This document shows positions 1 through 9,271 of a stretch of 64,000 nt of DNA, one piece after another (positions within the stretch are counted from its first letter, which is position 1; the number at the start of each line of letters is the position of its first letter). Origin of the DNA: Candidatus Aminicenantes bacterium (GTDB taxonomy: Bacteria; Acidobacteriota; Aminicenantia; Aminicenantales; JAFGBC01); contig OY969696.1 of the NCBI GenBank assembly GCA_963702005.1, forward strand, positions 2,336,001 to 2,400,000. Reading direction: 5' to 3'. The notes beneath the pieces were generated by a model. The model had not been told where the DNA came from. It saw nothing but the letters and a program-made list of their open reading frames with translations, and searched no databases. The position numbers were made by a program, and so were the translations under genes.

Positions 1-428
1 ATGACCTGTTCCGGAATCAGCTCGTCCTGATGAACGCCGGCGACGGGACTTTTTTCATCGCCAATAAATGCGACAACAGGTTGTTCCGCCGTTATGATGG
101 CGACGGGCGTTTTCTGGGCCGGATCGAGGCCGCGCCGGACCGGAAACCGAGGAGGGTCAGCCTTCCCCTCAAGTCAGGAAAAAAGGAAGTAACTCCCTTC
201 TGTTGGGATTGCGCTTTCGAAAAGGGGAAGTTCTTCGTCCTCCTTCCCGAATTCCCCGATGACCGGGATGTCGGGCCGGGGAGGGTGATCAGGGTTGTCG
301 ACGGCGGGGGCCGGACTGTGGAGGAGATCGAGCTTCCCGGGCCCGTTAAAAGAATCTGGGTCGAGGGCGATTGGATCTTTGCTTTCGACATCGAGAATGC
401 CTTGAGGATATTTCAGGTCGTTCGATGA
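1..428 (+). CDS. Beta-propeller (6-bladed/NHL-like) protein, 5'-truncated by the window edge
   Basis: Frame is open from base 3; beta-strand repeats (IRVVDGGGRTVEEIEL, RIWVEGDWIFAFD); stop overlaps next ATG (ATGA). Confidence 0.55.
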   Translation, partial: DLFRNQLVLMNAGDGTFFIANKCDNRLFRRYDGDGRFLGRIEAAPDRKPRRVSLPLKSGKKEVTPFCWDCAFEKGKFFVLLPEFPDDRDVGPGRVIRVVDGGGRTVEEIELPGPVKRIWVEGDWIFAFDIENALRIFQVVR

Positions 429-916
429 ACATGCTCCGTATCGCGGCCGCCCTCTGCCTCGTCCTATCTTCATCGGTCGCAGCGGCCGGCGTCGGGCAGC
501 CGCCCGATGGATTTGTCCGGCTCTATGGCGAGCTCGGCGACGTCCCCTGTCGGCCGGGACGGCCCATCGTGCTCGTTTTTTTCACGACGGCCTGCCCGAC
601 TTGCTGGGACGACCTGTTCGAGGTCCGCTCCTTCATCGAGGAGCAGGGACTCGAGTTCGAGCTCGTCGGCGTCACCAGGGATTCCGAGTCCGCCGTCCGG
701 GCTTTCCTCGGGAAATACGGCTTCCCCGGGCCCGTTGTCCGGGACGCCCGAAAGCGGCTGTTCAGGGCCTATGCCGTCGAGGCCGAGCCGTTCACGGTTG
801 TGATCAACGACGGCCGGGTCGTATATCGGGACGATAGCTTCTTGGACTTCAAATCACGAAGGGAGGAACTCAAGAAATGGATGATGCGGCACGCCGGGCG
901 ATTTATCTCCGCTTGA
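425..916 (+). CDS. Exported thioredoxin-fold redoxin (TlpA/peroxiredoxin-like)
   Basis: Signal peptide, VLVFFTTACPTC (CxxC), ATGA overlap with the upstream stop. Confidence 0.75.
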   Translation: MNMLRIAAALCLVLSSSVAAAGVGQPPDGFVRLYGELGDVPCRPGRPIVLVFFTTACPTCWDDLFEVRSFIEEQGLEFELVGVTRDSESAVRAFLGKYGFPGPVVRDARKRLFRAYAVEAEPFTVVINDGRVVYRDDSFLDFKSRREELKKWMMRHAGRFISA

Positions 917-1617
917 CCTGGAGGAAACTCATTTTATCCAAGGTCTCATGGGGGGCCGGGGCGGCTTTGATCTTATTCGCCGCCGTCTTCTGGATAAAAG
1001 ATTCGCTCGAAACGGCTTTCAAAGCGTTTCTGACGCTCTGTCCCTATCTCTTTCTTTTTCTGACCCAGGATATGATGAAAGGGGAGATCGACGCCGGCAG
1101 CCTCGAGAACGTCCTTTTTGTAAATGGAGGGTTCAGAAGCTATCTCAAGATGAAGAACCTCGTCGTGGCCGGGGCCGCCGTCGCGTTCGTTTCCGGGGTC
1201 TTTGTTGTTCTTGCCGTCCCCGCCGTCATTACGGGAACGTTTGCCGGAAGGAAGCTCATCCCGCTTTTGCTGTTGGCCGCAGCCGCCGGCGTCTATTATG
1301 TCTTTTTGGGAAACGCGCTCAGCCTCTTCCTCAAGGGGGGATCGAACGTCATGATCGTCATCATCGTCCAGGCCGCCCTTGCGGTCTGGCTGATATTATC
1401 GGTCAAGGATCAGGGAGGGATCCTTACTTACTTGGAGACGGGGACGTTTCCCAACTTCGGCGCAAGACTGCTGTTCATGGGATTCGCGGCCCTCTGTCCC
1501 AATTTCCTGATCAGCGTCAGGTTCGTCCCCTTCGGTTGGGAGTTCTTGCTCCTGGCCGCCGCGCTTTGGCTGGTCCAGAGCTTCACCATCGGCCGCCTGG
1601 AGTTGGTGCGGCGATGA
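877..1617 (+). CDS. ABC-2 type transporter permease-like membrane protein
   Basis: About 6 hydrophobic helices, GEIDAGSLENVL motif, coupled to an ABC ATPase. Confidence 0.65.
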   Translation: MDDAARRAIYLRLTWRKLILSKVSWGAGAALILFAAVFWIKDSLETAFKAFLTLCPYLFLFLTQDMMKGEIDAGSLENVLFVNGGFRSYLKMKNLVVAGAAVAFVSGVFVVLAVPAVITGTFAGRKLIPLLLLAAAAGVYYVFLGNALSLFLKGGSNVMIVIIVQAALAVWLILSVKDQGGILTYLETGTFPNFGARLLFMGFAALCPNFLISVRFVPFGWEFLLLAAALWLVQSFTIGRLELVRR

Positions 1618-2315
1618 ACGAAGATATCATCAGGCTCAACTGCGTCTCGAAACGGTACAGGCGAGTCGAGGCGGTCCGGAACGCGTCCTTCGGCCTGCGC
1701 CGCTTGGCCTTGACGGCCTTCCTGGGCGAGAACGGGGCCGGGAAGACGACGACGATCAAGATGATCCTCGGATTTCTCACCCCGGACGCCGGCGTCATCG
1801 AGAGGCGCATGGGGAGCGTCGGCTACGTTCCTGAACAACCCGCTTTCAGTCCTTGGCTGACTGGCGCGCGTCTCCTGGAGCTCACGGCGCAGGCCGTTTC
1901 CCTGTCCCGGGACGAGCTCGAATCCCGGATTCAAGAATACGGGCGGATTTTGAACTTCGACGAAACCCTCCTCTGGCGGACTGTCAGGACCTATTCCCTG
2001 GGCAACCACAAAAAATTCTCTTATCTCCAGAGTCTGATCCTCGAACCGGACCTCCTCATCGTCGACGAGCCCTTCACGGCGCTCGATCCCGTCGCCATCA
2101 AGAATGTCCGCGACATGTTCATCGAGCTCAAGGGCCGCGGCCGGACCCTTCTTCTAAGCTCGCATCTCATTTCCGAGATGGAAAAGGTTTGTGATGACGT
2201 TGTCATCATCCGCCGGGGCGAGATTGTCTTCCATGACGAGTTCCGGCGTGTCCGCGAGATGGGGAAGGACCTCGAAAGCTTGTTCCTTGAGTTTGCGGGG
2301 CGCAGCCCGAGCTAA
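1614..2315 (+). CDS. ABC transporter ATP-binding protein
   Basis: Walker A GENGAGKTT, Walker B LLIVDEP, SSH switch; start at ATG 1614 overlapping the upstream stop. Confidence 0.9.
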   Translation: MNEDIIRLNCVSKRYRRVEAVRNASFGLRRLALTAFLGENGAGKTTTIKMILGFLTPDAGVIERRMGSVGYVPEQPAFSPWLTGARLLELTAQAVSLSRDELESRIQEYGRILNFDETLLWRTVRTYSLGNHKKFSYLQSLILEPDLLIVDEPFTALDPVAIKNVRDMFIELKGRGRTLLLSSHLISEMEKVCDDVVIIRRGEIVFHDEFRRVREMGKDLESLFLEFAGRSPS

Positions 2316-3265
2316 GCGAGGAGCCTGAGGAGCCGGTAATCGCTCTCGACCGGCGTCGTCTTGGGCAGGACGGCCTTGTCCAGGGGCCAGAGATCTAAAA
2401 CGCCGTGCCTGAGACGGACGCAGCAGTCGGTACGGCCTTCCAGAAGGGCGTCGACGGCGGCATGGCCGAGCCGGGCGGCCATGATCCGGTCCAGGGCGGT
2501 AGGACGCCCGCCCCGCTGGATATGGCCGAGCACGGCCACCCGTGTCTCGAATCCGGTCCGGTCCGTGATCATCCGCGCGACATCCTCGGCCCGGGCTTTG
2601 CCCTCGGCCACGATCATGATCCAGCTGACTTTGCCCTCGGCATAGCCGGCCTTGATCTCCGCGCAGATATGATCCATATCTTGGTCCCGCTCCGGGATCA
2701 GTACCTCTTCGCAGCCGCCGGCCAGGGCGACTTGGAGGGCGATGTATCCGCAATCCCGGCCCATGACTTCGACGACGAAGATGCGCTCAAGGCTGGTCGC
2801 CGTATCCCTGATCTTGTCCAGGGCGTCGAGCGCGACGTTGAGGGCGGTATCCGTGCCCAAGGTTAGGTCCACGCCGTTGACATCGTTGTCGATGGTGGCC
2901 GGAATGCCGACGACGGGGAGGCCGGCTTCGACGCACAGGAGATGAGCCCCGAGAAATGAGCCGTTGCCGCCGATGACGATGAGTCCCTCGATCCCGAGCC
3001 GCCTGACGGTCGCCGCGGCCCGGCGCCGGCCGTCCGGGGAGAAAAAGCGTTCGGAGCGGGCCGTCCGGAGGATGGTTCCGCCCTGGTTGATGATCCCGGA
3101 CACAGACCTCCTGGTGAGCGGCGTGGTCAGCCCGTCGATGAGGCCCTCGAAACCCTTGAGGATACCCAGGACCTCGACGCCGCGCCCCGCCGCGGTCCTG
3201 ACAACGGACCGAATGGCGGCGTTGACGCCGGCGCAGTCCCTAGTCAGAATACCGATTCGTTTCAT
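2312..3265 (-). CDS. pfkA: ATP-dependent 6-phosphofructokinase family protein
   Basis: GGTILRTAR, IGGNGS, PATIDND, VEVMGR, LGHIQRGG motifs; N-terminal GGD motif is degenerate. Confidence 0.9.
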   Translation of the reverse strand: MKRIGILTRDCAGVNAAIRSVVRTAAGRGVEVLGILKGFEGLIDGLTTPLTRRSVSGIINQGGTILRTARSERFFSPDGRRRAAATVRRLGIEGLIVIGGNGSFLGAHLLCVEAGLPVVGIPATIDNDVNGVDLTLGTDTALNVALDALDKIRDTATSLERIFVVEVMGRDCGYIALQVALAGGCEEVLIPERDQDMDHICAEIKAGYAEGKVSWIMIVAEGKARAEDVARMITDRTGFETRVAVLGHIQRGGRPTALDRIMAARLGHAAVDALLEGRTDCCVRLRHGVLDLWPLDKAVLPKTTPVESDYRLLRLLA

Positions 3266-3277
3266 TGCGTCCGGGAT

Positions 3278-5644
3278 TTATTGAGCTTTATAGTTCTGGA
3301 CGGGGGCGACGTTGTCGATGACCCAGACGCCGCGGCCGAAGGTGGCGACGGCGATCGTGTTGTCCCGGGGATGGACGATGAGGTCCCAGACATAGGTGTT
3401 GGGGAGGCCGCTCCCAAGGTAATACCAGATTTTGCCGCCGTCGGCGGTCGTGTAGACGCCGAGGTCGGTTCCGACATAGAGAACGGATTTGTTCTTGGGG
3501 TCTTCGCGGATGACGTTGACCGGCCCGCCCGGGATATTCCCGGAAATGTCGACCCAGGTCTTGCCGAAATCGGTCGACTTGTAAACATAGTCCGCGAAAT
3601 CGTCGTCCCTCCGGCCGTTGAGGGTCAGGTAGACCGTTCCCAGTTCGTATTGGGAGGCGACCAGCCGCGAGACGTGCTTGTTGTAGGGAAGCCCTGCCGT
3701 CGTCTCGGTCCAGACCTCGCCGCTGTTTTTGGTGATCCAAACCCGGCCGTCGTCGGTCCCGGCATAGATGAGCCCGAACTTCAAGGGCGATTCCGAGATG
3801 GCCGTCAGGCAGGCGTAGGGGATGGCGAAAGGCCACTTGCCCCGCTTTTCGGGGTCGTTGTAGCTGAGGTCGGGGCTGATCCGCTCCCAGGTTTCGCCCC
3901 GGTCGAGCGAGCGGTACAGGTACTGGAAGCCGTGGTAGACGATCATCGGGTTGTGGGGGGAGAGGACGGTCGGCGCCAGCCACTGGCCGCGCAGGGGCGG
4001 CTCGCCTTCCCCGGCTTTGGGCGCGATATTTTTGGATTCCCACTGGCCGTTCTTGAATTCCGAGCGCATCAGCCGGCCGTAGTACGTGGAGGAGTAGAGG
4101 ATGGCGGAATTTGTCGGGTCGACGGCGATGTGGGTCCCCTCTCCGCCCGGGCAAGGTTCCCAGCCCGGCAGGCGGCGTCCCATGGCGTCCTCGCGGGTGG
4201 GATGGTAGGCGACGCTCCCCTTATAGGTGCCGTGATCTTGGACCGAGCCGTAGACATGGAACGGCTTGTCCATGTCATAAGCGATGTTGTAGAACTGGAT
4301 GAGGGGGTGGTGGGTGTGGAAGTCGCGCCAGGTCTCGCCGCCGTCGTAGGAAACGTTGACTCCGCCGTCGTTGACGTTGATGAGATAGCGGGAGTCGGAA
4401 GGGTCGATCCACAGGCCGTGATGGTCGCCGTGAAGGCCGGCGAAATAAAGGTTCTTGAAGGATTTGCCGCCGTCGGTCGACTTGGCCAGGTTGAGGCCCA
4501 TGATGTAGACCGTGTTCTCGTCGTTGGGATCGACCCGGATCTGGCCGAATACCCAGCCGTATGTCCCGGAGAACTGTTCCATGCGCTGGTCGGAGGGGCT
4601 GACCTTGCGCCAAGTCTCGCCCTTGTCGTCCGAGCGGTAGACTTCGGCGCCGGTGGGAACCCGCTCTGTCTTCTGCCGGCCGTAGGAGTCGAGCTCGCCC
4701 TGCCGCGGCTCGCGGCCTGGGGTGTGGTTGTCGACGAAAGCGTAGAGGACGGCGGGGTTGCCGCGGGCGATGTCGATCCCGATACGCCCGGTATAATTCG
4801 TGTCGGGCAGGCCCGCCGTCAGGGGCTTCCAGGATTTGCCGCCGTCTGTTGTCTTAAACAGGCCGTCCTCGCCGTTCGGGGCCGGATCGCTCCAGCGCCG
4901 GCGGATCCGGTTCCAAAGCGAGGCGTAGAGGACTTCGCTGTCCTTGGGATCCATGACGAGGTCGATGGCGCCGGCCTTGTCGCTTGTGTACAGGATCTTC
5001 TGCCAGGTTTTGCCGCCGTCCTCCGTCTTGAAGACGCCCCGGTCGGGATTGTAGGTCCATTCGTGTCCTGAGGCGGCGACGTAAACGATGTCGGGGTTGG
5101 CGGGATGGATGACGATCCGGCCGATGGTCTGGGTCGCCGCAAGGCCCATGTGCGCCCAGGTCTTGCCGCCGTCCGTGGATTTGTAAACGCCGGCGCCGGC
5201 CGTCGAGGCGCGGAAGATGTTGGATTCGCCCGTCCCGACCCAGATGATTTCGGGATTGGAGTCCGAGACGGCGATGTCGCCGATGGACTGGGTTGCCGCC
5301 TCGTCCAGAAGGGGCTGCCAGGTGATGCCCGCGTTCTCCGTCTTCCAGACGCCGGACGTCGCTGCGCCGACGTAGAATGAGAACTTGCTGCCCTTGGGGA
5401 CGGCGATGTCGGTGCAGCGGCCGCTGATGAGGTCGGGACCGATGAACCTCCAGGTCATATTCTTGAAGGGGCTCTGGGCCTTGAGGGCCGTGTGCTCCTC
5501 GAACCACTTGAGGCGGACGGCCGGGTCCGTGCTCTCGATCTTTTTGAGGCCCTTGCCAGGGCTTTTGGGGCCGGCCCAGCCCCATAAAGAAGAGATAAAC
5601 AAGACAGCCAGGATAAAGACGGAAATACGCTTAAAGGATTTCAT
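3278..5644 (-). CDS. Exported VPS10/sortilin-like (BNR/Asp-box repeat) glycosyl hydrolase-like protein
   Basis: Signal peptide; many SxDGGKTW Asp-box repeats. Confidence 0.8.
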   Translation of the reverse strand: MKSFKRISVFILAVLFISSLWGWAGPKSPGKGLKKIESTDPAVRLKWFEEHTALKAQSPFKNMTWRFIGPDLISGRCTDIAVPKGSKFSFYVGAATSGVWKTENAGITWQPLLDEAATQSIGDIAVSDSNPEIIWVGTGESNIFRASTAGAGVYKSTDGGKTWAHMGLAATQTIGRIVIHPANPDIVYVAASGHEWTYNPDRGVFKTEDGGKTWQKILYTSDKAGAIDLVMDPKDSEVLYASLWNRIRRRWSDPAPNGEDGLFKTTDGGKSWKPLTAGLPDTNYTGRIGIDIARGNPAVLYAFVDNHTPGREPRQGELDSYGRQKTERVPTGAEVYRSDDKGETWRKVSPSDQRMEQFSGTYGWVFGQIRVDPNDENTVYIMGLNLAKSTDGGKSFKNLYFAGLHGDHHGLWIDPSDSRYLINVNDGGVNVSYDGGETWRDFHTHHPLIQFYNIAYDMDKPFHVYGSVQDHGTYKGSVAYHPTREDAMGRRLPGWEPCPGGEGTHIAVDPTNSAILYSSTYYGRLMRSEFKNGQWESKNIAPKAGEGEPPLRGQWLAPTVLSPHNPMIVYHGFQYLYRSLDRGETWERISPDLSYNDPEKRGKWPFAIPYACLTAISESPLKFGLIYAGTDDGRVWITKNSGEVWTETTAGLPYNKHVSRLVASQYELGTVYLTLNGRRDDDFADYVYKSTDFGKTWVDISGNIPGGPVNVIREDPKNKSVLYVGTDLGVYTTADGGKIWYYLGSGLPNTYVWDLIVHPRDNTIAVATFGRGVWVIDNVAPVQNYKAQ

Positions 5645-5789
5645 AGAATAACCTCCCTGGGAGATGGCGAAAACACAGAGAGCATGCTCATAAGTGAACG
5701 CATCTAAAATATTAGATTTCAGGGACGGATGTCAATAACAAAAAGCGTGCCCGGAAGCCAGCTTCCGTTTCTGCCGGAGATATTAAATC

Positions 5790-6395
5790 CTAGAGCGGAA
5801 TCTCTAAGCTCGCGCCGAATCGGAAGAAACTCGCCGTTGTCGTATCGTCCTCCCTCGGATCGATCAGATGGTGGAACGCGGCCCTGAACGCGAGCGCAAG
5901 GGGTCTGATTCCGTTCGTGAGGTTTATCCTCAATCCGGGGCCGCCCAGGACATCGTAGTATATTCCCTCAAAGCTTCCCCAGTCCGTCCAGCACAAGCCT
6001 CCGCCCCCTTCCAGAAACACGGTCGCAGTCTTGATTTTAATAATGTCCACGATTCCCGTCAAAGCCGCCGACCAAAAATGGTAAGGCTTCGATCCATTAT
6101 CCGGGGGGAGAAACGAGCTGGTGACCTCCCATTGGTAGGTTCCCCTCTGATAGAGGAGGTTGAGCCCGACGGAGAGTCGGTTGCCGAATGAGTAAGTGCA
6201 GATCGCTCCCAGGTGGTAATCCAGCCGATACTTATCCGAGTAGGGACGAACATGCCAGTCAAAAGCATAGCCGCTGCCCACGGACCATCCGAGACTGGGG
6301 CCCAGCGAAAATCCGCCGGGAGTCTGCGCGCAGGCGGCGATCGGCCCGAAAACCAGTAAAGATGAGAGGACCGCCGTATAAACAAACTTCTCCAT
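5790..6395 (-). CDS. Outer membrane beta-barrel protein
   Basis: Signal peptide after GGAGG SD, alternating beta strands, C-terminal FRFGASLEIPL. Confidence 0.55.
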   Translation of the reverse strand: MEKFVYTAVLSSLLVFGPIAACAQTPGGFSLGPSLGWSVGSGYAFDWHVRPYSDKYRLDYHLGAICTYSFGNRLSVGLNLLYQRGTYQWEVTSSFLPPDNGSKPYHFWSAALTGIVDIIKIKTATVFLEGGGGLCWTDWGSFEGIYYDVLGGPGLRINLTNGIRPLALAFRAAFHHLIDPREDDTTTASFFRFGASLEIPL

Positions 6396-6744
6396 TTTCC
6401 TTCCTCCGTTTGTTGATTTGCGGGCTTGCGATTGAAATGAAGTCAGGATGCCAATCCTTCGAGGGATAGGCCAAACATCCTTCCTCAGCAACGGCTTCCT
6501 TCTTTTTCGCGCTCGATAAGCATCCCTTTTTAAATCAATTATAAGCCAGAGACAGACGAAGGTCAAGGAACTCGAGGAGAGGTCCAGCGCGCCGGTTGAG
6601 CGGGCTTCCGTCAATATCCCCGGATTGATTCGGGATCTTTAAGATTGTATTTTTTCCCAAGCCGGGTGTAACATTTACTTAAAGAAATATCCGCTCCGGG
6701 CTGCGGGAGAGGGATATCCTGAAATCGAAAATGGAGGGGAGAGC

Positions 6745-9168
6745 ATGAAGCCGGCGAAACGCGAACGCATTCTTTTTTGGAAGGCGATGGCGGCCCTGGC
6801 CGTCACGATTGTTTTGGTTCCCAGGGCTATTTTCTGCCAGGAGGGTCCCTGGAAGCTCGAGTACCCGCCCTCCGAGAGGACCGATGCCGGCATGGCCTAT
6901 GACGCGGGACAGAAACACGTGGTCCTTTTCGGGGGGGTCGCGGAGGGCCGGGTTTGCCAGGACACCTGGTTCTTCCAAAACGGAATCTGGTCACGGTTTT
7001 CCGGACAACCCTCGGGTCCCTGCCCTTCGGCGCGGGGCCGTTTCGCCATCTGCTATAACAAGGCCAGGGGCGAAACGATGGTTTTCGGGGGATCAGCCTA
7101 CGGATTCCTTCTCGACGATCTGTGGCTGTTCAAGAACGGCTGGGCGAAAGCCGTGGTGACGGGAGGCCCCTCGGCCCGCGAGGGAGCCGCGATGGCCTTC
7201 AACAGCCAATCCGGGGCCGTCGTTCTCTTCGGCGGCCGATCCGCCGCGGGTCTTGAGAATGACACATGGAAATATTTGAACGGCGGCTGGACGAAATTGA
7301 ACGTTTCCGGAGCTCCGCCGGCCCGCTGGCGGCACGCCTTGGTCTATGATTCCGTCCGCGGGGAGTTCATCCTCTACGGCGGCTTAGCCGCCGCCGCCCT
7401 GAACGATACCTGGGTCTTGAAGGGAAACGCCTGGACGAGAATCAGCGGTTCGAGCCCCGGGGCGAGGTCTGCCCACGGCATGGCGTTCGACTCGGTAAAC
7501 CGGCGGATCGTGCTCTACGGAGGCGCCAACGGGGCGAAGCTCCTCGGCGACACCTGGGAGTTCAAGGGCGGGACGTGGAACAAGATCGCGGGGCCGGCGC
7601 CGTCGGCCCGGGCCGGGGTCGCCATGGCCTACGACGCGGAGGCGGACCAGGTCCTCCTCTATGGAGGATGGCGGGGCACGAAGCTTCTCCAGTCGGATAC
7701 CTGGACGTTCAAGAATAACAAATGGGTTCGTATCGACCGTCCGGGCCCGGAGGCGAGGTTCCAGCACGGTCTGGCCTATGACGCATCGCGCAAGAAGCTG
7801 ATCCTGTTCGGCGGTGTGTCGGGATCGGAGGCATCTTATTATAGCCTGACCTTCTACGCCGACACCTGGGAGCGGGACGCATACGGATGGACGAAGCTCG
7901 CGGTCAGCGGTCCCTCGGCGCGGCGGGCCCCCTCGATGGCCTATGACGAGTCGTCGAAGGTCGTCCTCCTCCACGGCGGGCTGGACGCCCAATGGCACGA
8001 CCTGACGGATACCTGGACGTTAAACGGCCTGATCTGGACCCTGGCAGCCAAGAACGGGCCGGCCACCTCGGGAGCCATGGCCTACTATCCGAAGCTGGGG
8101 GCGGTCGTTCTTTTGGACAGGAAATGCCGCACCTATAAGTGGCAGTCCGGGGCCTGGGCTCAGATCACGACGTCCGTCTATCCCGAATCCGACGACGCGG
8201 ATATCTCCGGCGCGGCCATGGTCTATGATGCCCGCCGGGACGTCCTGGTCCTGTTCGGCGGGGAAGGCACTGAGCTGAGCCGGAACTGGCCCCCGCTCTT
8301 CGACACGGTTTGGGAATTCGACGGGACCGACTGGTCCTCGCACGTCAAGGCGACGGCATTCGCTGGGGCCGGAGATTGGCCCCGGAAAAGAGCCGGGCAT
8401 GTTCTTCTCTATGATTCCGCTCGGAAGCGGGTCGTCGTCTCGCAAGGGAAGACGACCTGCTCGGACCCCAACAACGACAACGAATATTACAGTTACCGCT
8501 GGCTCGTCCTGAACGACACCTGGAGTTGGGACGGAGCGGGCTGGACGCTGCTGACGCAGACCGGCCCCGCGCGCGACGGATCGGCCGGCGTCTACGATGC
8601 CGGCGCGGGCGCCTGGACGATGTTCGGCGGAAGGGATTTCGGGGCCGCCCTCAACCTCTTCCACAGCACGGGCCTCCGGGATCACGACGATCTCGTCGTC
8701 TTGAAGCCGCCGCTCCCCGCCGCGGGGACATTCGACCTGGGGATCTCGGCCTTGAGCCTGTCCAAGCTCGTTTGGGAATCCGGCGACCAGGTCAAAGCGA
8801 GCGTCGGGGTCGGCAACCGCGGCGCCTCGGCTTCGCGTCCGACGTTCGTCTGGCTGTACGCGTCCCTCGACGACGTCATCGGCGACGACGATATCCTGCT
8901 TTCCAAGGCCGCGCTTTCCTCGATCCCGGCCGGCGGCGCGCTCCAAGTTAAGCTGAATATCTCCGTCAACAACCTTCAGGCGGCCGTGCCGGCGGGCCTT
9001 TACAACTACGACAACAGCCTTTATTTTTATGTCGGCGCGATCGTCGACAGGTTCGAACAGTCCCGGGACGCCGCGCTCGCCGATAACGTCCGCTTCCTCA
9101 GCGACAACATCACTCTCAAAAAGCCGGGGTCCTCGATAGCGCTCCGTCCGGCCAGGGAGAGCCATTAA
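6745..9168 (+). CDS. Exported Kelch-repeat beta-propeller protein with C-terminal CARDB-like Ig domain
   Basis: About 12 repeats of PSAR..(H)xMAYD...VLFGG...DTW; C-terminal VGNRG...YASLDDVIGDDDILL. Confidence 0.8.
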   Translation: MKPAKRERILFWKAMAALAVTIVLVPRAIFCQEGPWKLEYPPSERTDAGMAYDAGQKHVVLFGGVAEGRVCQDTWFFQNGIWSRFSGQPSGPCPSARGRFAICYNKARGETMVFGGSAYGFLLDDLWLFKNGWAKAVVTGGPSAREGAAMAFNSQSGAVVLFGGRSAAGLENDTWKYLNGGWTKLNVSGAPPARWRHALVYDSVRGEFILYGGLAAAALNDTWVLKGNAWTRISGSSPGARSAHGMAFDSVNRRIVLYGGANGAKLLGDTWEFKGGTWNKIAGPAPSARAGVAMAYDAEADQVLLYGGWRGTKLLQSDTWTFKNNKWVRIDRPGPEARFQHGLAYDASRKKLILFGGVSGSEASYYSLTFYADTWERDAYGWTKLAVSGPSARRAPSMAYDESSKVVLLHGGLDAQWHDLTDTWTLNGLIWTLAAKNGPATSGAMAYYPKLGAVVLLDRKCRTYKWQSGAWAQITTSVYPESDDADISGAAMVYDARRDVLVLFGGEGTELSRNWPPLFDTVWEFDGTDWSSHVKATAFAGAGDWPRKRAGHVLLYDSARKRVVVSQGKTTCSDPNNDNEYYSYRWLVLNDTWSWDGAGWTLLTQTGPARDGSAGVYDAGAGAWTMFGGRDFGAALNLFHSTGLRDHDDLVVLKPPLPAAGTFDLGISALSLSKLVWESGDQVKASVGVGNRGASASRPTFVWLYASLDDVIGDDDILLSKAALSSIPAGGALQVKLNISVNNLQAAVPAGLYNYDNSLYFYVGAIVDRFEQSRDAALADNVRFLSDNITLKKPGSSIALRPARESH

Positions 9169-9271
9169 TCAGCGTTGTCGAAATCGAGAGATTATGGCCG
9201 TATCGCCCAAAAGCGAAGGAAAAATCATGGGGGGGGCGATTCGCCCCGGAAACTCAAGGAGGAGGCTTCGT

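Noticed and set aside
3281-5071. Long antisense or alternate-frame ORFs (for example 3281-5071, 19222-20742, 21383-23017, 25567-26991, 27328-28698, 55693-57267, 61361-63079)
   Set aside because: Shadow ORFs expected in high-GC DNA opposite well-supported genes; no motifs of their own
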